Part shown: positions 1 to 8,594 of the stretch, piece after piece
Layout of the letters: each line of letters starts with the position of its first letter
Position numbering within the stretch: position 1 is the first letter of the stretch
The notes under the pieces: generated by a model
What the model was told of the DNA's origin: nothing
The model's input: only the letters and a program-made list of their open reading frames with translations
The model's database searches: none
Origin: a virus
Taxonomy: Duplodnaviria > Caudoviricetes
Length of the DNA stretch: 26,951 nt
Virus record (IMG/VR): IMGVR_UViG_3300025084_002795
Span: 1 to 26,951 of that record
Direction: 5' to 3' (one strand)
Position numbers and translations under genes: made by a program

Positions 1-289
1 TTTCTGCTTCGATTTCAACATTTTCTCTTTCCTTGATGATACCACCTTCAGTAAAAAGTTTGATTCTGTTTATTTCATCAGATTCATCTCTTAACTCTAA
101 TAAGTGTTCACCATCAGGTGCTGGAGTCTTTGTTCCATCTTCGTGGATAACCTCTAAGGTTTCACCCACATCAAAAGTTGGAGATTCAACAAGAGTACCA
201 TCAGCTAATTTAGCTACGGTAAGTTTAACTTCTTTGTTATCTATTGATAACATCGTCATTATCCTACCTAATACAGTTTGTGAATTCAT
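1..289 (-). CDS. Probable capsid scaffold protein, N-terminal part (runs off the window edge)
   Basis: Manual translation from ATG at 289: MNSQTVLGRIMTMLSIDNKEVKLTVAKLADGTLVESPTFDVGETLEVIHEDGTKTPAPDGEH... The acidic L.DGT..E / AP.GEH pattern resembles the gene that precedes the major capsid gene in Bacteroidota siphoviruses. A TTGTTATA motif lies upstream. Confidence 0.6.
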   Translation of the reverse strand, partial: MNSQTVLGRIMTMLSIDNKEVKLTVAKLADGTLVESPTFDVGETLEVIHEDGTKTPAPDGEHLLELRDESDEINRIKLFTEGGIIKERENVEIEAE

Positions 290-334
290 AATTTTCTCTC
301 TTTTTTTTTGTTATTGATTTGATATATCTACCAA

Positions 335-342
335 TATAACAA
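335..342 (-). promoter_or_regulatory. Putative late promoter motif TTGTTATA (inside palindrome 334-352)
   Basis: The same motif recurs upstream of about 10 minus-strand gene or transcript starts. Confidence 0.6.
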
Positions 343-378
343 TTTGTTATATATATGTAGTTATTTTTTTAATTCTTT

Positions 379-1545
379 TTATGGCCAACATAATCTACCA
401 CCGAAGTTATATTGAGTTACAATATCAGTAGCGGTTGTACCTGTACCTGTTACTAGTTCTAGTTTATGGAAATAATTATTATTCCATGGTATTAAATATA
501 AATCTCCATTCTTACCAACAGTTATACCTTGGAATGATGAATCACTATCAGCTATTGCAATAGTTGAATGTGTATTAGTAGCTGGGTCAAATACCTTAAG
601 AGTATATGTACTATCACTACCACTTACCATATATATTTTACCATCTAATCCTATACACGCATTACCAACTTGGAAACCACTTCCACCATCTGAATCACCT
701 ATCCATGAATCAGTACTAGGGTCATACCAACGAATAGTACCAAATGCACTTTGTGGTAAGAAATATAAATATCCATTATAATGTTGAACTATGTTAGTAT
801 ATATTTCACCAGCTCCACCAGGTAAAGCAATATTTGTATTAACATTTGTAGATGGGTCAAATTGCATAATCGAACCACCACTACTTACACTAGGCATATA
901 CATCTTTCCATCTATACCTAATGTACCAAACTCACCTTGAGTAAGAAGTGAATCACCTGATGTAGTAACTGTTGTGGTTGCTCCTGTTGATACATTAAAT
1001 TTGTATACTGCTGCACTAGCTATTACAAATGTACAAGTATATATTTCATCACCTGCAAAAGATTGTATTGGATTACAAGACCTATTATTAGGACCTGAAG
1101 TTATATTACTTCCACTATCACTACTAACAGTTATTGTAGTTCCACTATTACCAAATGCTATTACTTTTCCACTTATCTTATCAAATACAGAACCTTGGTT
1201 ATCTCCATTAACAACTTGAGCACTAACTGATATAGAATCTGTATCGGTATCAATTATTGCCCATTTCTTTCCACCTGTATATCCAAGGTGAGGAGCAGCA
1301 TATATCTTACCATTATCTGCAAGAGAACCACCCATCCATTTTGCATTTCCACTTCCATAATCACTACCAATCCTTTGAGTAGAACCTGAGTATGCAAATG
1401 TAGTTGTGTTTAAATTAGCAGCTCCATAATCTATCCATGCATCTGCTTCTGTTGTTGTCCATGTACTTAATGATTGGTCTGGAAATCCAGCTGCAGCATC
1501 ATCTGGTGCTGCTTCTCTTATAAATGAAAATGGTGCTACTCTCAT
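379..1545 (-). CDS. Beta-propeller virion tip / receptor-binding protein
   Basis: Repeated blades (LADNGKIYAAP, LGIDGKMYMPS, QHYNGYLYFLP, IGLDGKIYMVS, VGKNGDLYLIP). It directly follows the fibre gene and has a short hydrophobic N-terminus, MRVAPFSFI. Confidence 0.7.
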   Translation of the reverse strand: MRVAPFSFIREAAPDDAAAGFPDQSLSTWTTTEADAWIDYGAANLNTTTFAYSGSTQRIGSDYGSGNAKWMGGSLADNGKIYAAPHLGYTGGKKWAIIDTDTDSISVSAQVVNGDNQGSVFDKISGKVIAFGNSGTTITVSSDSGSNITSGPNNRSCNPIQSFAGDEIYTCTFVIASAAVYKFNVSTGATTTVTTSGDSLLTQGEFGTLGIDGKMYMPSVSSGGSIMQFDPSTNVNTNIALPGGAGEIYTNIVQHYNGYLYFLPQSAFGTIRWYDPSTDSWIGDSDGGSGFQVGNACIGLDGKIYMVSGSDSTYTLKVFDPATNTHSTIAIADSDSSFQGITVGKNGDLYLIPWNNNYFHKLELVTGTGTTATDIVTQYNFGGRLCWP

Positions 1546-1557
1546 ATTATTTTTAAA

Positions 1558-4083
1558 TTAGTTGCTTACAAATTTTGTTACGTTTGCTGTAAATATTTCA
1601 TTAATGTTATCATACGTCATAAACGTTAGTACATCTTTTGCAGCTTGTTCAGGTGTTGGTACATATTCTGAACCTGTTGGTTGGAAGAAATCAGATGAGA
1701 AATCAATTGAACCAGTTCCACCATCTGTTCCTTGTCTAATTAATAAGTTTACTGTCTGTCCTTCACCTACATTTGTAGCAACTATATGTGTATTAGAACC
1801 ACTTGGAAGTGTTAATACATTCATTCCTGAATCACTAAAATCAACTGATGCAGTATCTGAAGTAATTGAAAGAGTGTTTACTGCAGTTAATACAGAACCA
1901 TTCAAGTTAACTTCACCATAGAAATTTGCAGTACCACTATAATATACTTGTGAATTAGCACTTCCTATTGCTACTTGAGTGTTAGCGTAATTACCACCCC
2001 AAGTACCAATACCAATATTAGTACCTTGGAAATCTAAATCACCACCAGCCTCATAGTTATCTCTAATTCTTAATGCAGCTTGTTGTCCAACACTACCAGA
2101 TGATATCTGAGAAACAGCGAACTGTCCTCCATTGATTCCCATTTCAGTACCATAGTTGTAACCTTCACTATCATATATTTCAGTTAAGAATGTATCAGAA
2201 TAATTACGACCGGAATAGTTTGATAAAGAATGATTAGTATAACCATATACTTCACCATTATTCTCTGTACCATCAGTTACTGTAATGAAATCATGTCTTG
2301 CACTAGAACCCGGTGCTTCAACTCTTTGATTAACATATCCTTCTGAACCACTTGTAATTTGTTTTTCAGTAAATGTATTTGTTCTATCAGTTGCTGCTAT
2401 ATTTGTTGTTATACTTGGTGCTAAATTAGCTGAACCACTAATGTTAATAGTTGTTCCATCTACCCAAGTTGAGTCTTTGTAAAAGAATGCATCTCCACTA
2501 TCTGTCATGGCAACTAATGAATTGTCTTGACCACCAGCTGAACTACCACCACCTCTTAATCTTACTACTGGCTCAGTTCCATCTATACCAGTATATGCAT
2601 TTATCTCGAAATATGCATCATTATATCCTGTTCCTCTATCTTCAATTTTAATCGATGCATATACTTGTCCTAAATCAGAATCTGTATTTGCAGTAATATT
2701 AACGAATTGTGATGCATCTGCTTGTGGAGGTATAGAAAGGTTAGTTCCATTTACTTCTAATTTAGAATCATTTAAATGTCCTGATGAACCATCTCCAACA
2801 GGTACTCTATTATTTGTAAGATAAGTTGGTGAACCTTTAGTATTGTATTCTGGTCCAAACATAACTACACCATGGTCTACTGTTGAACCACCATCATCAC
2901 TATATTCATAGAACCAATCGTTTGATTCTCCATCGAATTCTAAAGAAGCAGTTGTTAAAGGTGAGCCCGAACCTGAATCTTGTACAACAAGACCTGCATA
3001 TCTTTGAGCAGGTGTATCGTTGTTTAGTATAATGTATGCATCTCCTATAATCTTAGCTGAACCAGTCACAGATTCAATATATCCAAATGAACCTGTACCA
3101 CTTACTGATATGTTATCAAAGTTTTGTGTTCCAGTAAAGGTGTTGTTTAAATCTGTTTTAGCAAATGATGATGTTGTTTGTGCTTCTGCTACTCCATCAC
3201 TATTACCAAACCATCCATATCCTTCTGTAATATTTGGAACATCATTACTTCTACCACTACCTTGAATTATAATTTCTCCTTCAGTTGCATTTACTTTTCC
3301 TACTACACCAATGTTCTGTATTAAATTAGAACCTGTTGGTTTAGTATCTGTAAACGTTCCACTACTAGCAACATATATGTTTCTACCTGCAGTAAATCCA
3401 CTTGTATTTACACCAATCAGTTTACCACTAACAGTTGCTTCACCACTAGCGTTATTAGTTAATTCTTCTTGTAGTACTGCAATTGCAGGCATCGTACTAG
3501 CCGATGAATAATCTGCTGCTGATACATTTATATTATCTCCTGTTACTCCTGTTGCATATACAGGTGTACCTATTGCTAACGTACCACCTGATTTATTCTT
3601 TACATTGATGATTACTTCTTGTGTAGTATCACTATGTTCTGCGTGTGATGCTGATGTTGCTGATGTTGCGGTATCTGCGGTTAACGCTGAATCTGCTCGT
3701 GATGAAGATACTGCATATGAAGATGATACAACATTATCTACTGTTATATCAAATGTTTCTGCATCTCCTTTAGTAAATGTAATAGTTGCATCTGATATTG
3801 AAGCAGTTACTAATAAACTACCTGTATCAGCTGAGCCTCCACTACCACCTGGTATGCTATTAGTGTATGTACTTCCATCTACTTTTGTAAATGTTAAATC
3901 CCTACTACCTGTATCAAAAGATGATGTAAGTAAGTAAGAACCTGTATCGTCATTAACTACCATTGAATCAATAATATCATTATTGAATTCTCTTAACTTT
4001 TCAGGTGTAATAAACTGTGAGTTATTATTTGGAAAGTTATCTGAGTTTGTAGTCCTTAGTTCTGTTTTGTTTTGGCTGCTCAT
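1558..4083 (-). CDS. Fibre protein (841 aa), possibly a head fibre, with a C-terminal adaptor domain
   Basis: S/T/G-rich, with an N-terminal NFPNNNSQFITPEKLREFN segment and a central DUF2190-like cement segment (GTPVY...MPAIAV...G.L.GVNTS). The last ~105 aa are homologous to the C-terminus of 21945..23606. Confidence 0.7.
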   Translation of the reverse strand: MSSQNKTELRTTNSDNFPNNNSQFITPEKLREFNNDIIDSMVVNDDTGSYLLTSSFDTGSRDLTFTKVDGSTYTNSIPGGSGGSADTGSLLVTASISDATITFTKGDAETFDITVDNVVSSSYAVSSSRADSALTADTATSATSASHAEHSDTTQEVIINVKNKSGGTLAIGTPVYATGVTGDNINVSAADYSSASTMPAIAVLQEELTNNASGEATVSGKLIGVNTSGFTAGRNIYVASSGTFTDTKPTGSNLIQNIGVVGKVNATEGEIIIQGSGRSNDVPNITEGYGWFGNSDGVAEAQTTSSFAKTDLNNTFTGTQNFDNISVSGTGSFGYIESVTGSAKIIGDAYIILNNDTPAQRYAGLVVQDSGSGSPLTTASLEFDGESNDWFYEYSDDGGSTVDHGVVMFGPEYNTKGSPTYLTNNRVPVGDGSSGHLNDSKLEVNGTNLSIPPQADASQFVNITANTDSDLGQVYASIKIEDRGTGYNDAYFEINAYTGIDGTEPVVRLRGGGSSAGGQDNSLVAMTDSGDAFFYKDSTWVDGTTINISGSANLAPSITTNIAATDRTNTFTEKQITSGSEGYVNQRVEAPGSSARHDFITVTDGTENNGEVYGYTNHSLSNYSGRNYSDTFLTEIYDSEGYNYGTEMGINGGQFAVSQISSGSVGQQAALRIRDNYEAGGDLDFQGTNIGIGTWGGNYANTQVAIGSANSQVYYSGTANFYGEVNLNGSVLTAVNTLSITSDTASVDFSDSGMNVLTLPSGSNTHIVATNVGEGQTVNLLIRQGTDGGTGSIDFSSDFFQPTGSEYVPTPEQAAKDVLTFMTYDNINEIFTANVTKFVSN

Positions 4084-4085
4084 CG

Positions 4086-4334
4086 TTATCTTGTTATTGT
4101 TACGTCAAATCCATCAGAGAATCCTGTTGAGAACGCTCCTCTCTTTGTTATTACTGATTCTGTACTTCCTATTCCTTGATTTGCTAAATACCCATCACAA
4201 CATTCTGTTGAGTAGGTATCAGAATCTAAACACAGGCAACCTCTCCTTGAATTCTCCGGTGAAGACTTACCTGGAGTTGGTCCTATAAATATACCTGTAT
4301 CTCTTCTTTTTCTTAAACTACGAGAATATGACAT
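4086..4334 (-). CDS. Small Cys-rich virion protein with a C-terminal GAFSTGFSDGF repeat
   Basis: RRGCLC.D..TYS..CCDG.L..QGIG motif. It has its own upstream TTGTTATA motif and abuts the fibre gene. Confidence 0.65.
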   Translation of the reverse strand: MSYSRSLRKRRDTGIFIGPTPGKSSPENSRRGCLCLDSDTYSTECCDGYLANQGIGSTESVITKRGAFSTGFSDGFDVTITR

Positions 4335-4348
4335 AATTGTTTTATGAA

Positions 4349-4356
4349 TATAACAA
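4349..4356 (-). promoter_or_regulatory. Putative late promoter motif TTGTTATA
   Basis: 14 nt upstream of the ATG at 4334. Confidence 0.6.
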
Positions 4357-4386
4357 AGGAGTAGTTATTTATATTGGAATAGGGGG

Positions 4387-4674
4387 TTATTTATACTTTT
4401 TCATATTAGCTTTGTGTAGTAGGTTCTCTAACTGAACCTTATCTGCTCTGTAACACAAGTTTAATAAACACTCTTCTAAAGGTCTTTGAGTTATCTCATC
4501 AAACTTTAACATATCATCGTTAGCTAAGACAACAATCGATTGATAAGAGCTCCACTTTCTTGCAAAATTCGCTTGATGTGCGGACTCACTTCCGGGTCCT
4601 CCAACGCTTGTTCCCTCAAAGATTTCAGGGTATCTTTCGATAATTCCTTTGAGATACGATTGAAGAAAAAAAAA
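4387..4674 (-). CDS. Tail assembly chaperone -1 frameshift extension (gpT-like part of gpGT)
   Basis: Open -1 frame entered at the T9 run (4666-4674), with no good independent start. Sequence FARKWSSYQSIVVLANDDMLKFDEITQRPLEECL. Confidence 0.7.
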   Translation of the reverse strand, partial: FFFLQSYLKGIIERYPEIFEGTSVGGPGSESAHQANFARKWSSYQSIVVLANDDMLKFDEITQRPLEECLLNLCYRADKVQLENLLHKANMKKYK

Positions 4675-5171
4675 CACCCGAAGTGTACATCCATTGGTAC
4701 ATCTAACCACTTATCTTTATTCTCTTTGTTATCACTACTATAAGGTTCTATACTATATAGAGCTCCTCTAGTATCTGTTACAGGTCTGTATAAGATATTC
4801 ATTATACTTGCCCAATTCTTATCTATTCCGATATTTTGATATGAAGATAAATCTAAATAAGCACCATATGCCATCTTAGATAAGTTAGGTTCGAACCCAT
4901 ACTTTACTCCATCAATGGTAACAAACTTTTGTAATTGAAAATCTGTCTTACCTAGAAACTTATATAAATCATCTTTGATACTTGTTATTGTATCACTATC
5001 TAATTTTATAATTACCTCTGGTGTTAAACCTATGATGTTATATAGTAAGAATGCATCTTGTGCTTCCTTATCATCTTTATACGTTTCTAAGTCATCTTGT
5101 ATCTTTAAATATTTCTTTAATGATACTGCTGAATATGAAGTAGGAACGGTAATTTTTATTTCTTTTTTCAT
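4524..5171 (-). CDS. Tail assembly chaperone (gpG-like)
   Basis: YGFEPNLSKMAYGAYLDL and ILYRPV motifs. Contains TGT TTT TTT TTC (CFFF) overlapping a long -1 ORF. Confidence 0.7.
   Translation of the reverse strand: MKKEIKITVPTSYSAVSLKKYLKIQDDLETYKDDKEAQDAFLLYNIIGLTPEVIIKLDSDTITSIKDDLYKFLGKTDFQLQKFVTIDGVKYGFEPNLSKMAYGAYLDLSSYQNIGIDKNWASIMNILYRPVTDTRGALYSIEPYSSDNKENKDKWLDVPMDVHFGCFFFFNRISKELSKDTLKSLREQALEDPEVSPHIKRILQESGALINRLLS
4615..4674 (-). promoter_or_regulatory. Programmed -1 frameshift site T TTT TTT/TTC with a downstream stem
   Basis: A9 on the + strand at 4666-4674. Inverted repeat CTCAAAG (4615-4621) / CTTTGAG (4647-4653) encloses a TATC-GAAA-GATA hairpin on the minus strand. Confidence 0.7.
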
Positions 5172-5503
5172 GTCTTTAATTCTTGTGTTACTTCGTGAAA
5201 CTTAACTGATGGTGGTAGAAAGTTAGGTATCTTTGTTTCTGTTATATCTATTACATCATCTGCTTCTAACTTTAAATCTTGTATCTCTATGTTCTTATGA
5301 CCTACCAACGATTTCAATTTAAGAATATCACTTCTTTGTTTTTGTAATTGTGATTCTCTTAATACAATCTCTGCTTTAAGATTAGTTACTTCTTCTTTAA
5401 GATTGTGAGCATATGTAGCAACCTGTTCAAGATGTTCATATATCTGATACTTATCTTTATCTCTATACTCTTCGGGTAGGTTAACCTTGTATATCTTTGC
5501 CAT
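5168..5503 (-). CDS. Hypothetical coiled-coil protein
   Basis: Heptad-like LKEEVTNLKAEIVLRESQL. Its stop overlaps the next start codon. Confidence 0.6.
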   Translation of the reverse strand: MAKIYKVNLPEEYRDKDKYQIYEHLEQVATYAHNLKEEVTNLKAEIVLRESQLQKQRSDILKLKSLVGHKNIEIQDLKLEADDVIDITETKIPNFLPPSVKFHEVTQELKT

Positions 5504-5639
5504 AGTTATGTAAATTAGTTATATGTTGTTTAAATACTTGATATCTTTTTAATGCCATCTCATCACCTTTAATTAAATACAAATCTAAATTAGCCTGTGC
5601 TTCTTCTTCTAATCGTTCAATTCTTTTCTCTCTATTCAT
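5481..5639 (-). CDS. Small hypothetical protein (52 aa)
   Basis: Manual translation MNREKRIERLEEEAQANLDLYLIKGDEMALKRYQVFKQHITNLHNYGKDIQG. It fills the gap after TerL. Confidence 0.5.
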   Translation of the reverse strand: MNREKRIERLEEEAQANLDLYLIKGDEMALKRYQVFKQHITNLHNYGKDIQG

Positions 5640-5645
5640 ATTATA

Positions 5646-6809
5646 TTATTTAAATGATAAAACATACTTACCTTTATTTTGTTGCTTAATACTTAATCTA
5701 CTCATTGCTAAATAACGCAATGCATCAATCAAGTGATTATTAAAATCTTGTGGTTTATCTAATACAATTCCATTCTTATCCGTACGATACTCATATGAAT
5801 ATAGTTCATCAATTAAATGCGTGCTCTTTGAATCTACATTAAGTGCAAAGTTTTGTAATACAGATATCCCGAAGTTGATACTATCAGGTCCTTTCTTCAC
5901 AGGTTTAATATTAAAACCAGAACGATAGATTTCTTCTATCAATCGTGGTTCTGCACTATCTGCCCAAATCTCATCTGTTCTACCTATGTTAAGTGATTTT
6001 AATCTTTTAATTATATCTGTTGTTGTCAGACCTGTATCATACATTAGTTCTCTACAATACAACATATCATGATGTCTATGTACGGCTACCAATGCAGTTG
6101 GGTCATTACTAAATCCAAAGTCAAGACCAAATCCTACTAACTCATGTACAGGCATCTCTTCTAATATTTGGAAGTTATTGAATACTGCTTTCTCATTCGC
6201 TGCATATTCTCCTAATCCATATATCTTCCAATACTTTGGATTCTTTATCTCTAGTGATTCAATCTCTTTTACCATTTGTTCTGGTAGATAAGGATTGTCT
6301 TTATAAGTTGTATTGAATATCTGTACATCATCCATACTACGAAGGAAATGATACGGAGATACTGTTGGGTTAAATGCTAATATAATTTCACCTGTTGTTC
6401 TTATACTCAATTGAAAGTATGCTTCTTGATGTTGTTCCGATGCTTCATCTATAAAAAGTATATCACTCTTAACACCTCTTAACTTTTCTGCATCATCTGT
6501 ATTTACAAACGATATAAGTGCACCATTGCTAAACGAATAAACCCTATCAGAGATGTTGTATGATTCGTTTGACCATATTCCAAGCTCTAACATGATTTCT
6601 TTAAAATCTTTGATTACAGAACGTTTAAGAGATGGAACAGTTCTTCTTACTATTGTAATGTTCTGTGGTTCTTGTAGAGCTTTTACTATAAGGTATTGTA
6701 AGATAGCATATGTCTTACCTGACCTAGTTCCCCCTATATGCTGCGTTATTCTCTTCTTAGCTTCTAGAAGGTTATCAAATGTTATGGTTGTATTAACCGT
6801 CAATTCCAT
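5646..6809 (-). CDS. terL: Terminase large subunit (PBSX-type)
   Basis: Walker A GGTRSGKT, Walker B ILFIDEA, nuclease motifs GLDFGFSNDP, ADSAEP and NHLIDALRY. Confidence 0.95.
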   Translation of the reverse strand: MELTVNTTITFDNLLEAKKRITQHIGGTRSGKTYAILQYLIVKALQEPQNITIVRRTVPSLKRSVIKDFKEIMLELGIWSNESYNISDRVYSFSNGALISFVNTDDAEKLRGVKSDILFIDEASEQHQEAYFQLSIRTTGEIILAFNPTVSPYHFLRSMDDVQIFNTTYKDNPYLPEQMVKEIESLEIKNPKYWKIYGLGEYAANEKAVFNNFQILEEMPVHELVGFGLDFGFSNDPTALVAVHRHHDMLYCRELMYDTGLTTTDIIKRLKSLNIGRTDEIWADSAEPRLIEEIYRSGFNIKPVKKGPDSINFGISVLQNFALNVDSKSTHLIDELYSYEYRTDKNGIVLDKPQDFNNHLIDALRYLAMSRLSIKQQNKGKYVLSFK

Positions 6810-7098
6810 CGTTACTACCTGATTTGTTTATGTTGATGTTAATAGATTGTATCTTCTGCTCTATCTCACCTTTTAACTCTACCCTTGATTGTTTAGGTAA
6901 GATATATTCTAATATCTTAAGATATAATTCAGCTGCTCTTATTGGGTCTTTCTCTCTTATCTTATTTAAATCTTCCTTTAAATGATTCAATCCCTCATCA
7001 GTAATACGAGCAAGTGTAAGTTTAGCCATTTCAGTACTACGATTGATAGCTCCTTTAGGTCTTCCCTTACTTAACTTATTTCCTTTTGCGAATGGCAT
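6793..7098 (-). CDS. terS: Terminase small subunit
   Basis: PFAKGNKLSKGRPKGAIN (DUF5681-like) N-terminus, YILPK motif, overlaps the terL start. Confidence 0.75.
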   Translation of the reverse strand: MPFAKGNKLSKGRPKGAINRSTEMAKLTLARITDEGLNHLKEDLNKIREKDPIRAAELYLKILEYILPKQSRVELKGEIEQKIQSINININKSGSNDGIDG

Positions 7099-7126
7099 AT
7101 GTGTTTATCTATGTTATTTATACTAC

Positions 7127-7134
7127 TATAACAA
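7127..7134 (-). promoter_or_regulatory. Putative late promoter motif TTGTTATA
   Basis: Upstream of terS, with an inverted copy at about 7148-7154. Confidence 0.6.
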
Positions 7135-7166
7135 ACGAAGATGATTCTGTTATATATACTTATATA

Positions 7167-7382
7167 CTACTCATCTTTTGTCTTTATATCTTCTAACTTT
7201 TGCTTATGTATCGCTACTTGTTTAGCTCTTCTATTGATGACTGATGGTTTAAGAAATTCTTTTCTTCTTCTTAATTCAAATAAGTGGTCTGAATCTTTTA
7301 CTCTTCTTTTAAAGATACTCAACGCTTTCTGTATGTTATTGTTTCTTACCTTTACCGAAACTTTAGGTTTGTTCTTACTCAT
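7167..7382 (-). CDS. rpsU: Phage-encoded ribosomal protein bS21
   Basis: 71 aa and basic. V.VRNNNIQKAL..FKRRVK...L.ELRRRKEF.KPS...R matches the bS21 signature. Confidence 0.88.
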   Translation of the reverse strand: MSKNKPKVSVKVRNNNIQKALSIFKRRVKDSDHLFELRRRKEFLKPSVINRRAKQVAIHKQKLEDIKTKDE

Positions 7383-7702
7383 GATGCATCATATTTTTTT
7401 CTTCCATTAATCATATGTTCTCTTATGAATTTATCTCTAGTTGATAAAGTACTCCATACAAACTTCTGATAATTACCATCTTGTTCGTGTAGTAAATCAC
7501 ATATCTCTTTTAACCATCTCTTATACGTTTCTCTATCTTCTTCTGGATAAGGTTCTATAAATCTACCTGATTTAATGTCTGCAAATAAGTTGTCTGGATA
7601 TTTCTCAAGCAATTCTTGTTTCTGTTCTCTGAACTTTACATAATCTTTGTTCTTCATTCGAACATCAAGCTTTGCCCAATTGGTAGTACTGTTTGGATTC
7701 AT
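7379..7702 (-). CDS. Hypothetical protein
   Basis: 107-aa ORF, translationally coupled (ATGA overlap) to bS21. Confidence 0.6.
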   Translation of the reverse strand: MNPNSTTNWAKLDVRMKNKDYVKFREQKQELLEKYPDNLFADIKSGRFIEPYPEEDRETYKRWLKEICDLLHEQDGNYQKFVWSTLSTRDKFIREHMINGRKKYDAS

Positions 7703-7711
7703 ATATTTATT

Positions 7712-8278
7712 TTAATTAGTTTCATCTGTAATATCTTTAAAAGGATTATCAATCATCATTTTTAAGTGTTGTTTTATTTTTTTAATGTTAAGAAAGACTG
7801 TACTCTTTGATATACCAACTTCTTTACTTAGTTCATCCATAGTTAAATCACTAAATGCATAGAGTTCATATAACTTAGCACTACTCCACATACGCGATGA
7901 TTTAAGAGTATCTAATTCTTTTTTGATACAATCATATGCATACTCTAATCTTTTATCCTCACCTACGTTGTATATGTTATCTGGCTTATCTTTCCACTCA
8001 CTAACATATGTTGTTTTGTTTTCTCGTTTGATATAATTTATAAATCTAGAAGATATAAAGTTATAACAATACAACAAATTAAAAGAATCATTAAAAAATA
8101 TTTTAGGATTTTGTTTCTCTGCTAGATACACATATAAATCTTGTACCAAATCTTGTGATACTTGTTTATCTTTAGATTTATTATATGCTACTGCAGTTAA
8201 CCATTGATGGTGGTTGTTATACAATACACCCAATCGTTTGTTAATCTCTATATGTAGTGAACCACTATCTATTGTCAT
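7712..8278 (-). CDS. ECF/sigma-70-like factor (region 2 plus region 4 HTH)
   Basis: SQDLVQDLYVYL (region 2-like) and LTMDELSKEVGISKSTVFLNIKKIK (HTH), 188 aa. Confidence 0.75.
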   Translation of the reverse strand: MTIDSGSLHIEINKRLGVLYNNHHQWLTAVAYNKSKDKQVSQDLVQDLYVYLAEKQNPKIFFNDSFNLLYCYNFISSRFINYIKRENKTTYVSEWKDKPDNIYNVGEDKRLEYAYDCIKKELDTLKSSRMWSSAKLYELYAFSDLTMDELSKEVGISKSTVFLNIKKIKQHLKMMIDNPFKDITDETN

Positions 8279-8360
8279 ATGTTTTTTTGTGTAAAGAGTT
8301 TAGGCTCTGTTTATTTATGCTTACTACGACTTAAATTTAATTTTAACAGAACCTATTACT

Positions 8361-8594
8361 CTATACAATTTCGTTACCTTCTAGTTCATCCAAGTATGCT
8401 GCAATTGTATCACATGCTTTTCTCCAAAGAGCTGCAGCAGTTCCACAATTACAAGGTTGTGGTTCTTTTGAGTTACCTGATATTTCTTTGTATGTGTTCC
8501 ATATATAAAGCCTTATATCGTGTGGAATATGGCTACCTACTCTTGAAATATTTACTTTCATTAACTCTATTTGTTCTTCTGTGTATTTTACCAT
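8361..8594 (-). CDS. Hypothetical protein with a PCNCG motif
   Basis: 77-aa ORF overlapping the upstream gene. Confidence 0.6.
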   Translation of the reverse strand: MVKYTEEQIELMKVNISRVGSHIPHDIRLYIWNTYKEISGNSKEPQPCNCGTAAALWRKACDTIAAYLDELEGNEIV

